Source of the DNA: Lama guanicoe
Lineage: Eukaryota
DNA length: 64,000 bases
NCBI GenBank assembly: GCA_013239625.1
Contig: MU054212.1
Coordinates: forward strand, 124,001-188,000
Direction: 5' to 3'
The position numbers and the translations under genes were made by a program. The notes beneath the pieces were generated by a model. The model was not told the DNA's origin. It worked only from the letters and a program-made list of their open reading frames with translations, and did no database searches. This document shows positions 40,120 through 52,980 of the stretch, piece by piece; positions within the stretch are counted from its first letter, which is position 1, and every line of letters begins with the position of its first letter.

Positions 40120-40959
40120 GTATTCTGAGCTCTTCAATTTACATATACGTGGAGGCTGAAAAACACACAGTGACCAAAGTCTTGACCAATGTCACCCAGC
40201 TGGGAAATGAAAGACTCAGCATTATAACCCTGATTATCTGTGCATGACTTGGATCAAAATCATAGAGTCAGAATATATACACTCAGCTGATTGCAATCAA
40301 GTCCCTGAATTCCCAGGTTTAGTCATTATAATGATCTCGAAAAAGTTTGTATTATCAACTTTATCATTTCCATTGTGAAAGAAGCAAATAGAAAAAAAAA
40401 AGAGAATCTTTTGGCGTATGATTGAGTACGTATAAGTTCATTTATTATTCAAAAAAGGGGATTTTTCCTCTTTACTCATGATTTAAAAGACGTTAACACT
40501 TTTACTGCACGTGAAATTACTATTAGGCTGCAGTTTAAATGCAATTCCTTTAGAAACAGAACAGAATATACAGAGACTGGGACACAAGAGCTCTTTTGCA
40601 TGAAATCCTCTGCAGCAACAACAACAAAAATTCACAATATACCACAACACTTGCAGTTTAAACAGCTATTTGGCTTCATACAAAAATGCTGATGATCAGA
40701 AGTGACTTTTGGATTTAATAAGACTTGCCCCGCCCCTTACCTAGTGTAAGTTTGATAAAGTATATCCACCACTCTGTTCAACTTGTGAGTGAAAACAAAA
40801 CACAGAAATTAGATGCTTGGAAGTAAAAGTCTCTAAAAAGAACAAAAAGAGAGAAACCACTCTTGGCTGATAATCACTCACCTAAGATCAAAGCCTACAT
40901 ACTGACACACGCTGTTTCTAGATATTTTTTCCTCAGACATAATTTTGTTATTTTCCTTT

Positions 40960-42790
40960 TTAGAATTTTTTAAGATCAATATAACTTATACATACATTGT
41001 TTTAAAAATCAAATTGTGCTAAAAATCTTTTAACAAAAAACCCCAGCAACTTCATTCTCCCTTCCCTTACACATACACACACTCACCCCCAAAGGCAACC
41101 ACTTTTCAACTTTTCTAGCTGTTTATTCTAATATTCATTTCTGTCTTTCTAAATAATATGCTTATACATATATCTCTTGATTCATCCATTTAGAGATTAT
41201 CTGTTATGACTGACAAAATTTTTCGCTCTCTTGTGTACCCTTTTCCTTTCCCTTTCCATTCTCCCAATTTTTGGTTACATCCATAATCAGTGTTTTCATT
41301 ATTATGACCGTGGAAATATTATTTACTCTATAGCTGGATCTTCCAGCAAAGTAGTGTTCTACAATTTAACCTTCTTTCTTGTAAAACTTTTTAATTTTCT
41401 TGGAGTTAATTATTGCCTCATATTCTCACTTATTTAGTTTTCTTTGAAGCTCTGGCCAGATCTTCAAAAACATTCCAACAGCTTTGTAAAATGATTCTTA
41501 ATACAATTTTCCACAAAAAACCTAGAAGTTGCTCTGTCAGCTTCATGCTGCGTTTCCTGGAGAGATCTCTCCTCCACCTGCTCCCGCTTGCCTGGCTGCT
41601 CACTCGATCTCCTGCACAGCTATTGCCCCGGTGCTTCCTTTGCATCTTTGCAGCACTGGATTCCCTCTTTCCAGGATTCTGTTTTCCTCGTTCTTGGAAT
41701 ACTCCCTCGTTTTGGTGTAGCACATCCATCAGGAACTTCCTGAGAAAGGATGCATGGAAGATAACTTTTTCTGAGACCTTAAATGTCTGAAAATACATTT
41801 ACTCAACCCTCACACTTGATTGGTAGTTTCATTGGGTATCAAATTTAAGTGAAAATGTTATTCTTACTGATAACATTGAAGTCATTGCTTATTGTTGTCT
41901 AATTTCCAGTGGTGCAATTGGAAAGTTCTTTTCCATTCTTATTCCTGACCTTTTGTAAATGTCCCTTTTCTCTATCTTTGGAAATTTTTAGATTATTATT
42001 TTAATTAATCCCCTGTATCCTAAAGTCCCACAATGATATGCTGCAGTGTGAATCTTTCTTTAATTCATTGGCTTAGCACTTGGAAGTCTCCTTTAATTCA
42101 GTTATTTTAAAAAATTGTTTATAGAGAAAATTTGCTCCTCTCTTCTCTGTTTTTCCTTTCTTTCCCATAATGCTTACTAGTATGATATTGGGTTGATTCT
42201 TTCATTTTTCCTCTTTTCTCCTCTTTTTTCTTCTTGAGCTTTATGTGTTTTGATTCTACTTTCTGGATGAGTTCCTTCATTTTGTCTCTAGATCTTTAAC
42301 AGAATGTTTTATTTCTGCTATTGTATTTTTCATTCATAAGAACTCTTGTTCTTTTTATGTCATCCTTGTCTGTTTTATGGATACAATATCTGGGGGTACT
42401 GATTATAGTCTTCTTTTATAAAGTTTTCTTCTCCTCTTGGGATGTCTCTGTTTTCTCCAAGCTCCATTGCCTTCCAGCTTATTTTGAACCCCCTCTTTTA
42501 TGTTGCAGTCTTCTCTCGAATGCCAGCTGTTGCTGGCTGTCCAATTCTACTATGAATGAAGCACTGAACACCTGATTTAGGAGCTCTGTGGGAGCTCTCT
42601 TCTTCATCGAATGGCTGAGGATTACAGAGGTCTTTCAGGTACCGTTAGAGATGAAGCTTGTGTGTGTTCCTTGCTCTCCTCGTTGGATGGTGGTATGTGA
42701 GCAAAGAAAGAACGAAAGAGTTGTTACTTGGCCATTATGAAAGGGGAGGTCTTGAGCTCTTCCTAGTGTCGGCCCCAGAGCTGCTAGGGA
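40960..42790 (-). mobile_element. HAL1 (half-L1) element
   Basis: gcacatccatcaggaacttcctgagaaaggatgcatggaag...tgtctgaaaat...ccctcacacttgattggtagttt. Confidence 0.75.
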
Positions 42791-42808
42791 GCAAGTTGTT
42801 GAGCATCC

Positions 42809-43269
42809 TGCATTTGTCCGCGAGGGCTGCTGTGACAGAGTGCCATGGACCACATGGCTTCAGCAACGGGAGTGTGTTGTCTCACAGTTGTGGAGCTGGA
42901 AGTCTGAGATCAAATGTCAGCAGGGCTGATTCCTTCTGATGCTGTGAGGGAGGAATCTGCTCATGCCTCTTTCCTAGCTTCTGGTGGTTTACTGGCCATC
43001 TTTGGTGTTCCTTGACTCATAGATGCATCACACGAGTTTCTGCCTTCACAGCTACATGACATTCTCCCTGTGTGTATCTGTGTCCAAATGTCCCCTTTGT
43101 ATAGGGACACCAGTCACATTGGATTAGGAACCCCCCTACTCCAGTATGACCTCATCTTAACTGATCACATTTGCAACAACCCTATTTCTAAATAAGGTTA
43201 CATTCTGAGGTACTGGGGGTTAGGACTTCAACATGGGAATTTCTGGAGGACACAGTTTAAATCATAACA
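42809..43269 (-). mobile_element. MaLR solo LTR (MLT1C-like)
   Basis: agggctgctgtgacagagtgcca...cctagcttctggtgg...tatgacctcatcttaact...cattctgaggtactgggggttaggacttcaaca; flanks catcc/catct (4 of 5). Confidence 0.88.
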
Positions 43270-44349
43270 CATCTCATATTTGATATCTTCTGATTTGGGT
43301 GATACAACACCTCACTTTGGTCAGGACAGTGTCAGTTTACACATGTCATTTCTGCTTCATTACTAATTGTGCTTCCATTCACTCTCAGCAGCGTCCAACT
43401 TTGAACAGTCAACCATGTGGTCACCCAATATATGGCCCTTTCCACTTGCATGAAATTATCAAAAATAAAAGATTTTATTGTCATTCCCAGAAGATTATGG
43501 ACACAAATCTGAGAACAGAATTTTCATGTTTTCCTATTCTTATTTTATGGAGAAAAAAATATATGTATATAGATATACTACATATGGTTTTTTATAAAAT
43601 CTTACATAAAAATAGAATATTACATATGTGTATGTATACATAACAAACCATACATATGGTTTTAAAACACACTGAAAGCTTATTGTGATAGAGTAGCTTG
43701 GTGTACAAGCAGAATTTTGAGTCTTTTAAAACAAACATTTCTTAAAAAAGGAAAGAAAAAGAAACAAAATAGAGTTTTATGTTGCTAACAGTAAACAAAT
43801 AAACTTCTAACAGCTCAAGAAAATTGGAAACTCAGAACTCCTAGGGTTCACAGAGGCTCTGAATTTGGCCAGATCAGCTGCTTTGAACCCGTTTTTATTG
43901 TGGGATCGGGGATGGCTCAGTTTTTTCCATAGCAACCAACTGTGCTGTCATAAACACTACCGATGGTCTTTAAATGATCCAGCAGTTGCTGGACTACGAG
44001 GGAGATAAGATCTTATTAAAAATACAAAAGTTGGAGCTAACATTACAGAATATGCTGGGGTCCCGGCAGAATGTGGAGCTATATTGACAAGGGGATTTGC
44101 ATTATATATAAACAGTCCTTTCTTATTTGGCCTCATAAGGAATAGGCCCTGTTTGGTGAAAACCAATGCAGATTAATGTTAGTCTTCCTTAATTAGTTCT
44201 TACACAAATTACCTACCAACAGAAAAGGTTGTAAAGAGAGGGAAAAGCAAATATAGACGGTCCCTACTGAAGTGTGATCTGTGTCTTTGTCCAAAAATAC
44301 CACCCCACTACTAAGGGTATTTCTTGGTTAAAAACATTTTTCCCTTGAG

Positions 44350-46650
44350 AAGATAAAACTTGTTGTATTCTTCTCCACTTATAAAATACACTCTCATTTT
44401 ATAAAAATTAGAAATACATAACATACAGAAAATAAAAATCATCTATAATTCCTCCACCTGAGTTTTTTTTAACAACCGGAATCATGTTGAACATAGAGCT
44501 TTATATCTTGCTTTTTTTCACAAAGCATTACATCATGAGCTTTATCCCATGTCATAAAAAATGGTTCACAAACGTGACATTTAGTGAATGTCTAATAGTC
44601 TATCATATGAATGTACCATAATTTATATACCATTTCCATATTGTGGAAGGATGTTTTTAATAAACCTAATTTTTCAATATCATGAGTAATGCAATAATGA
44701 ACATCTTATAAATATATCATTATTTATATTTTTATTATTTTACTAAAATATATTGTTAGAAATGAAATTATTAGGGAAAAGTTTATGAACATTTTTAAGG
44801 TTCTCCCACCTTAAACAGCCTTTTCCCTATTCTTACTTGTTTACATTCCCAGATACACTTTATTTAAATTAAAAAAAAAATTTAAATTCTAGAAAAAATT
44901 CTTTAGAATTTTTATTCGGATAATGTTAAAACCATAAATTCAAATGGGAAGAGTTGACATTTTTACAATTTTCAGAAACTTGATATGAATGCCCATTTAT
45001 TCAGATTTTTTTTATTTCTTAATAAACTTTTGTAGTTTTTTCATATCATTCCCACACATTCCTTGTATTTTTAAATTTTTGTTGCTATTATAAATACAAT
45101 CCTCTTGTCACTGTACTGTTTAACCAGAGGTTGCTGGGATACAAAAAATAGTTACTAATTTTAGAAATATTTATCTTCTAATCAATTTATTTAAGTAACT
45201 TATTATTTACAACAGGCCTATAGTTGGTGTGTGTGTGTTAACATATAATCATTCTAGCTGAAATTATTATATTTTGACTTTTTCTTTCCAATAATTATAC
45301 CCTTATTTTTGAGTTCTTGTCTCTTCCATTGGCCACAACTTTCAGAAAATTTAACTAGTAAAGGTGATTGACAACATTTTTCATTTGTTCCTGATAGGAA
45401 TTTCAATAATCTCAGATATTAGACTGTTAAATATGATTTTGGTTGTTAAGTTTAATACTGGAATAGTAGCTTGATGCAAACTCATAAACTGGAGAGGGCT
45501 TCTCCTGAATGGAGTAGTACACAACAGAGGCTTAGATTAATTCAATGATACCCTATGAAAATGGGGACCTACTGCTAATGGATCTGCCATTTTTTCACAC
45601 TGGAAACCCTAACCTCAACCCTATTTTTTTTTCGCATAAGAGAAAACTTATTTTTGTGTGAAATCTCTCAATTATAAAATGTTTATAACTAAAATCATTT
45701 CCGCAAAATATACAGACCAAAACAAAAACATTTAAAACAATGGTCCACATTCAGTCCATCTGCAAACTCAGGTTTCAGATAAATATTCTTAACCATATTA
45801 AAGAAGGATCAGTTTAATCCAAATCTACCAGGAGTTTTATTTTTTTAGAAGTGCATATTATATTTCATCATATGTCTCTTTTTTTTTTTACATTCATACT
45901 TGACTCATTAAATCTATGGTCTTCCTAATATTAAGAAAAAAGCACATCAACAATATAGTGTACAGTAATTAGAGCTGAATTTTATTTGGAATTTTTATAC
46001 TAATGATCAAATATAATTCTTTTTAAACTTTCTTTTTATCTTTTAATATTTGGTTTTGGTTTTATAAAATGAATTTAAGATTTATAATATTCTGAAGTAG
46101 AATAGCATAGAAATTATCTGCTCCTTGAAAGTCTGGAGAAACTTCACCTGGAAAATTATCTGGCATGAGGCCTTTTATTTCTTTAATACATTTCTCATTT
46201 TTTCCATGGTTATTAGTCTATTTAATATTGAGTCAATTTTGGCCACTTTTTCTTTCCTTGAGATGTGTATTCTTCAAATTTAATACCAAAGAATCTTATG
46301 TAAAATTCTCATACTTTTATCATCTCTTCTGTATCTGCTATTACATAATCTTTCTTAAGTCTAATGCCTTTCTGGTGGTTGTTCTTTGAATCAGTTTTTT
46401 AGGTTTTTTTTCCTCCTATAGTGCTATTTTCTTTACAGATATCTTCTACATTTATTCTACTGAGTTTTTTTTAATTCAATAATTCCTGATTTCACCTTCA
46501 TTGCTATATACCTCCTTCTTTCTTAAGATGTGCACTGTTACACATCTGACCTCTTGAATTTAACTACTAGTTCACTTATTTTCATTAATAATGATGGCAT
46601 CTAGGGCTATGATTGTTTTCTCTAGTAGAGCTTTGGTTTAATCTTAAAGG
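44350..46650 (-). mobile_element. L1ME-like remnant (3' end plus ORF2), interrupted at ~45455-45772
   Basis: T-rich antisense L1 motifs: gggaagagttgacatttttacaat, ttttgttgctattataaat, cacctggaaaattatctggcatg. Confidence 0.7.
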
Positions 46651-46659
46651 TTTGATACA

Positions 46660-47990
46660 GAGTATGGATAACTTGTTAGCTAATCTATTCAAGAAAAGTG
46701 GAAGAAAGCACAAACACAAATTTTAAAATTATAAAGATGAAAATAACCACCAATATAGACAAAACTGAAAAGTGTTTTTAATGCTGAAAAAATACATATG
46801 AAAAATGGAGGAAATGAACAGTTTTCATAGAGGAATGTAATTTACAAAATCCGACACCGGAAGAAATAGGAGATCTAAGCAGACAAATTAGCAAGGAAGA
46901 AATAAAGCAAACTGTGAAAGAACTTCACCTAGGTCCCCGCCCTCCCAATACCTCACCCAGGAAAGTACCAGATCAAGATGATTTCAGAGGAAATCTTTGC
47001 CAAGACAAATTACTTGAACGTTATTTAAATGGCTCCAAGACTTAGATGTAGAAGGAATGCTTCCAAATTATTTTTATAAATTTGGCATAATGTCAATATC
47101 AAATACTGACAAAAAAACTATGTACAAAAACCCTACAGACCAATTTCAAGTGAGTCAATGATAATCCTAAATAAAATATTAGCAAATAAAATGCAGTCAC
47201 CTAACAGAGAAATACAACATAAACAAATAATATGTATTTCAGGAATTCAAAGATGTTTCAGTATTAGGAAGTCCATCAGTTTACAGTTTGGTACATGCTT
47301 CGAATAGTGATATTCATAAACCGAAAGAGGAAAAGTCTACTCTTATCTTCAGCGATAGTGGCAAGGTATTTGAGATTGCTATAAAAACATAACAGGTGGG
47401 AGTGTAAATTTGTAGCCATACAAATTTTGGGAAAAGGCAGTTTCTCAAAAGAAGCTGCCAAGCAGTATCTACAAAATAGAATACACCCTATTATCTCTTA
47501 GCTATATGCCCCACAGAAATGCATACATAATTTACCAAGAGACTTGTACAAAACTGTTCATAACAATCGGAAACTGAAAACAACCCAAATATCCATTAAC
47601 AGTAGAATGGATAAATCAGCTGTGGCATATTTGTACAACAGCCTACAAACACAGTCAGAATAAGCAAACTTTGAATATACACAACGTGGATCAATTTCAC
47701 TGACATAATATTGAGCAAAAGAATACATATGCTGCATGATTCCATTTATATAAAACACCAAACCAGACAAAACTCATCTATGGTGTTAGAAATCAGGATA
47801 ATGGTTACTCTGAGGGAGGCTGTGACCGGGTAGGGGGCATGCTGGGGCTTCAGGGATACTAGTAATGCTCTGTTTTTTCACCTGGTTGTTAGTTAATGAA
47901 CATGTGTTCATTCAGGAGCCGAAATACCAAAGACGTGTGCACTTTGCTGAAGGTATTTTATCCTTCAAGATAAAGTTTACATTTTTTAAT
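46660..47990 (+). mobile_element. L1ME-like remnant (ORF2 middle plus 3' end)
   Basis: aatcctaaataaaatattagcaaat, aacaacccaaatatccattaacagtagaatggataaat, tctatggtgttagaaatcaggata. Confidence 0.8.
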
Positions 47991-48249
47991 GTGCTCTGGA
48001 TAAGACCACCCCTTCCTCCTTGCTGCCTGCTCCCATACCACCAGCACCATCTCCAGGACTCTGCCTGCTTGAGGCAAGGCTCCTTACCCCTCTGTGCCCA
48101 CCTTCCCTACGACTCTTGGAGACGTGCCACCGCGATGTGATGAGGGATCATTAGGAACGATTTTATCATGCATTTATTCGTGGTCACATTCATAACAAGA
48201 AGTCCAGGACCCCTGTACTGTAACTCGGCCTATGCCCTTTTTTCTGACC

Positions 48250-49200
48250 CCATATCTCATTCTTCTCCAAGTTTTAAAACCTTTTCACTGTTCCTATCTG
48301 GAACTGAAAGACAGTTTTCAGTAAAATCCTCAAGTCTCCAGACTTTTCTCTGAAAGTCCCTTCAGCCTCTTATTCTCACAGAACCTGGCTGTCCTTCTGA
48401 GGATACACCATCCCTGCAGCCATCTCCGGAGGACAGCTTTCCCCTGCAACCTTCTCCCACGGGATGTGTGGCAGAGCCAGGGTTCTTCCTGCTCTAAGTT
48501 ACCATCTAACCACCCTTCACTTGTCTTCTTTAAAACTCCCTGCCTAGAATTTCACATTTTCAGGCCCTAACACTCATCTTCCTCATTGTTGCATTCACCT
48601 ACCACTCCCGAGTCACTCCTCTTCCTCTTATAGCTTGATGTTTTCATTTTGCCCCACTCTTTCCAATACTTCTGTCATAATTTTTGGTGTTTCAAGATCC
48701 ACAATGTTGATCCTTCTGGGATCCTGGACAATCTGTTCTTCCACCTCCCCTCATCCAGCGATCTCCCCCTGTCTGTCCTCAGTCACTCACCCCCATGCTA
48801 ATACCCCAGGCTTTACAATTACAACTGCACCTCCTCCACCACCTCCAACCTTTCTGGCTCTCTCTCCATTCTTGTGACTTTAAGACTTTTTCATCCCTTC
48901 CACTGAGACCTACACAATACTGTCAGTATCATGACTGTTCATCTCCCTCATTTTTTCTTTCCAGCTTTATTGAGATATAATTGACATACACCATTGTGTA
49001 AGTTTAAGGTATATACTGTGTTGATTTGATACATTTCCATATTGCAGAATGATTACCACCCTAGCATTAGCTAACATCTCCATCTCGTCATCTGCCTCAT
49101 CTTCCTTCCTTCCTCCCTTTCCTAACTTAAATTCTGTGATCAGTAACTATAATGACTATCTTACATATACCTAGACTCTCTTGTCCTTCTTTCATTTTGT
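48250..49200 (+). mobile_element. L2 internal region, interrupted by a short L1 tail
   Basis: Pyrimidine-rich L2-like sequence: cagaacctggctgtccttctgagga, ctgtcataatttttggtgtttcaa. Confidence 0.6.
48952..49087 (-). mobile_element. Short L1MA-like 3' end
   Basis: cagctttattgagatataattgacata...gtaagtttaagg...atgattaccacc; TSD tcatct(c/g)cctcat at 48939-48951 and 49088-49100. Confidence 0.85.
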
Positions 49201-49219
49201 GGTATTAATCTCCCTACTG

Positions 49220-50665
49220 AAACCAGAATTTTTATCAAGGAAGATATTAGATATAGATTTAATATCAATGAGGTTAAGTAAAAACCCTGTAGACTTAAAT
49301 TTGGGTTGGAAGTACTAGTATAAACTCATGACATAATTTATCTTTGAAACACCCACATACATACATTTCCCAGCTCTGTCTACTGAAAAGGCCTACAAAT
49401 GATGGCCAACACAATAGCAGTAAGCACCCCTAATGTCCAGAATGGAGTCTCTAAAAATAATTTCCCACTAAAAGTAACCAGAACTTCTTGGAAAAAATGT
49501 CCATTTTTGGATCTAGGGCAGGAAATGTGTGAGATAAGCCTGGAACATCTTTTTGTACAAGTAAAAAACTATCAGTGATTTTTATCATGTCTAAGAGCTC
49601 AAGAGCCAATATCACTAGGTTCCCACTGGCCAAAGATAGAAAAATTAGAGCATCACTAAGGATAAAAAGTTCAATGGACTAAAACACATCAAATATGCTT
49701 AAAACCCATGTATCCATAATGATACAAAACAGAACAGATCTCACTGGTCACCTCTGATAGATGTTAAGAACTTGTTTTGAAAAGAAATAAAGGGAAAGAA
49801 TGAAATATTTATTCTGCCTTTCTTATATGAATGCACCTTAAGTGATTATACCTCAGTATACATACAAATAGTTGATGAGGTAAGTATCTCTGTTTAAAAG
49901 TAGGCCATCTAATAAATGAAGAAGACTGATAAAATTAGAATATCACCATTTACAAGCCCTAATAAATCAACAGGCACAGGAAATAATTACCAGTGACTTC
50001 TAATACCACCAAAAGGAAAACAATCAAATATTATTTAGTTTTCCTTCCAAAAATTCAAACCTGCATTTAATCACATCTCTAGATCTAATTACCAATTTGT
50101 AGGAAATACAGAGGAATGAGGGAATATGATAACTCCATGGGGAGCCAATCAGCAAAATCCAAACTATGGGAACCTCTACAGGATAAATGATCCAATTCCT
50201 TCAACAAAAATGTACAAGGTGAAAAACAACTAGAGGGCCAACCTACAGATTAAAATAAACCTGAGACATATCAAACAATAGTGAGGTATGTTTTTTATTT
50301 GGATTCAAATTCAAATAACCCAGAAAAAACCTTAAAAACAAAGAAATCTGTACATTGACTGGACATTTGAAGATAATAAATTATTGTAAAATATTTTTAA
50401 GATATAAAACTTACTTGGTTGTATTTTTTAAGTTACTGTCTTTTAGAGATACATATTTAAATATTTACAGATGAAATGGTATGAAGTCTTGGATTTGCTT
50501 CATGATAATCTGGGTGGGAAAGGAAAGAGAGTTGGGGGGGTGGCTGGAATGAAACTGGCCATAAGTTAAAAATTATTGAAGCTGGGTGATAAGTACAAGC
50601 AGCTTCATTATCCTATTATCTCTACTTTTGACGTGTTTGAAATTTTCTATCATAAAATATCTTAA
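49220..50665 (+). mobile_element. L1MC4/5-like 3' region
   Basis: cccagctctgtctactgaaaaggcct, tcagcaaaatccaaactatggg, aatatttacagatgaaatg, aattattgaagctgggtgat. Confidence 0.8.
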
Positions 50666-50679
50666 ATAGTTAGAATGGA

Positions 50680-52290
50680 AGAAAAGATTCTCTTTATGAC
50701 AGGAACAAAAATATAAAACACCTAGAAAAATATGCAATAGGTATCGGAAAACAAAACTTTAAAATATTACTGAAAGACCCAGCAGAAGGCTTTAACAAAT
50801 GAAAAAGCATATCTCTGGGTGGTAATCCTCTTCAAATATAGATGATTTTCCTAACTCTAACACTTCTCCAAATGTAGTCTAAGAATAAAATGCAATCCCA
50901 ATAAAAATACAGAAGTTTTAAGCCAGATAAGCTGACTCATATGAAAATGAATAAGGATGCAAGACAATAAAAAAGAAAATCAGGGGAGGAGGGATAATGA
51001 TAATGGACAAGCCCCAGTAGATACTAAATATCGTCATGCTGGTGCAAGAACAGACAGATCAGTGAAAGAGAAAACAAAATGCAGAAAGAAATCTAAAAAT
51101 GCAAGGTGATATCACACAGCATATGGGTAGCACATTAAATCCGTAAAGAAAAGATGGATTACTCAGTAATGGCATTCAGTTACTCAGTAATCATCTGAAA
51201 AAAAAATTATACTTGGACTTGCACACTGAAATTCTAAGTGTCATACAAAACCCAAAAACCCATGAAAGAAAATATTTATAAATTAGCCTGTATAAATAGC
51301 AAATACAACAACAGAACAAAACCAAAATCAAAACCTTAAAAAAAAAAAAAGCCAAAGTCAAAAGACAAACCAGGAAAAAACATCACATCTCACGTCACAA
51401 TTTCTTTAAAATTTAAAGAACTCTTACAAAAAAAAGAAAAAAAAAGAAAAACAATTCAATAGGAACACAGTATAGAATATAGACACAAATGGTCAGGCTT
51501 CAGAAAAATACTTTCAGATGACACTTAATAAACATATGAAAGGATGCTCAAGCTCTCCAGTGGGAGTTCACAGCATACTGAGTTTTCACAGATGTGAGGA
51601 TACCGGCACTTACATGTTCTGAGTGTGAGTGAAAATCATTATACATTTTTTTAGGGAAACGTGGAAATATTTCCAAATTTTAAAATGCACTTATACTCTG
51701 ACCTAGAAACGCTGGCATAGAATTTATGCCGTAGCTACATTCCCCACGTGGAAACGAGGTATGCACAAGTTTATATTTGCTACAATGTTATTTGTCATAG
51801 CAGAAGGCGGGGAGGGTATAGCTCAGGTGCTTAGCAGGCATGAGGGTATAGCACATGCTTAGCAGGCATGAGGTCCTGGGTTCAATCCCTAGGACCTCCT
51901 CTAAGAGTGAGCAAATAAATAAACCTGAGTACCTACCCCCACCAAAAAATAAAAAAACAAAAAGACAGAGTGCCTGTCATAGCAGAAGGCTGAAAACACA
52001 CTGAATGTTCATGAGCAAGGACTGGTTTATTAAGCATGATAGACTCAGACAATGTAATACGACACTATAGCTACGAAGAATGAGGCAGGCCTTTATGGAT
52101 GATATGCAACGATCTGCTGGTATACTTAATATACCAAACATACTGTTATGTGAAAAAAGTCAAGTGCAAAACAGTACACACAGTGTGCAGCCATTTAGTA
52201 AAAAGGAGGGGAAAAGGCTACAAGAAACTGATAAATGTGGTTGACTTGAATTTTGTAGCTTGACCATATATTAACTATTAAAAATTAATA
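50680..52290 (+). mobile_element. L1ME-like remnant, interrupted by a SINE
   Basis: aatgcaatcccaataaaaat, aaacatatgaaaggatgctca, gtgaaaaaagtcaagtgcaaaacag. Confidence 0.7.
51809..51974 (+). mobile_element. Camelid tRNA-derived SINE (Vic-1-like) with rearranged head
   Basis: ggggagggtatagctcag...gaggtcctgggttcaatccc (B box), aataaataaacct, A tail; perfect 16-bp TSD tgtcatagcagaaggc at 51793-51808 and 51975-51990. Confidence 0.92.
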
Positions 52291-52696
52291 AAATTAAATC
52301 ACCTTCAGGTAGCTTTGTGAAGATCAACTTTTGTGAGATAATTTATGGGAAAATCTTCGTAAACTTTAAAGTTCTATGCAAACACAATTTTGAGAAGCAG
52401 TTTGTTACTGGGTATTGGAACCTCAGGTTTTGGATTCAAGAACAAATTCTTTCACTTTATGTACAGTTCTGTGTACATTACCCAGTGTCTTAGAGCCTTG
52501 GTAACTGTGTCATGGTTTCTTTATCTCTGAAATAGTAACAAAAATCCCTTCCATCCTCACAGGCATTGCTGTGTCTTTTGTAAATTATAAAGTCTTCAAA
52601 ACTATAAATGTCATGTTTCTAGAGTTAAAAGTCAAAATATGTGGTGTAAACTCTGAGTGACACAGTATTATAAAGATGGGTTAGATCCAACAGATT

Positions 52697-52980
52697 AGAC
52701 CTGCACTGTCCCATATGGTGGCCACTTGCCATATGTGGCTATAGCACTTGAAACATGGCAAGTTCGAACTGCAGTGTACTGTAAGTATAAAATAGACACT
52801 GGCTTCTGAAGACCTAGTTTAAAAAAAGAATGTACAATATTGCATTGATCATAAGTTGAAATAATACTTTTGATATATTGAATTAAACATCACTGAAATT
52901 AATTGTACTTGATTTTTAAAATATGCCTACCAGAAAGTTTAATGTTAGATATGCAGCTTGCATTATATTCTACTGGACTT
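52697..52980. mobile_element. MER33-like hAT-Charlie element
   Basis: cactgtcccatatggtggccacttgccatatgtggcta...ctgtaagtataaaatagacactgg...gcttgcattatattctactggac. Confidence 0.8.

Noticed and set aside
41413..41798. Opposing ~125-aa ORFs
   Set aside because: Lie inside the decayed HAL1 element
51809..51890. tRNA gene
   Set aside because: tRNA-like head carries a SINE body, A tail and TSD, and the D-arm region is disrupted
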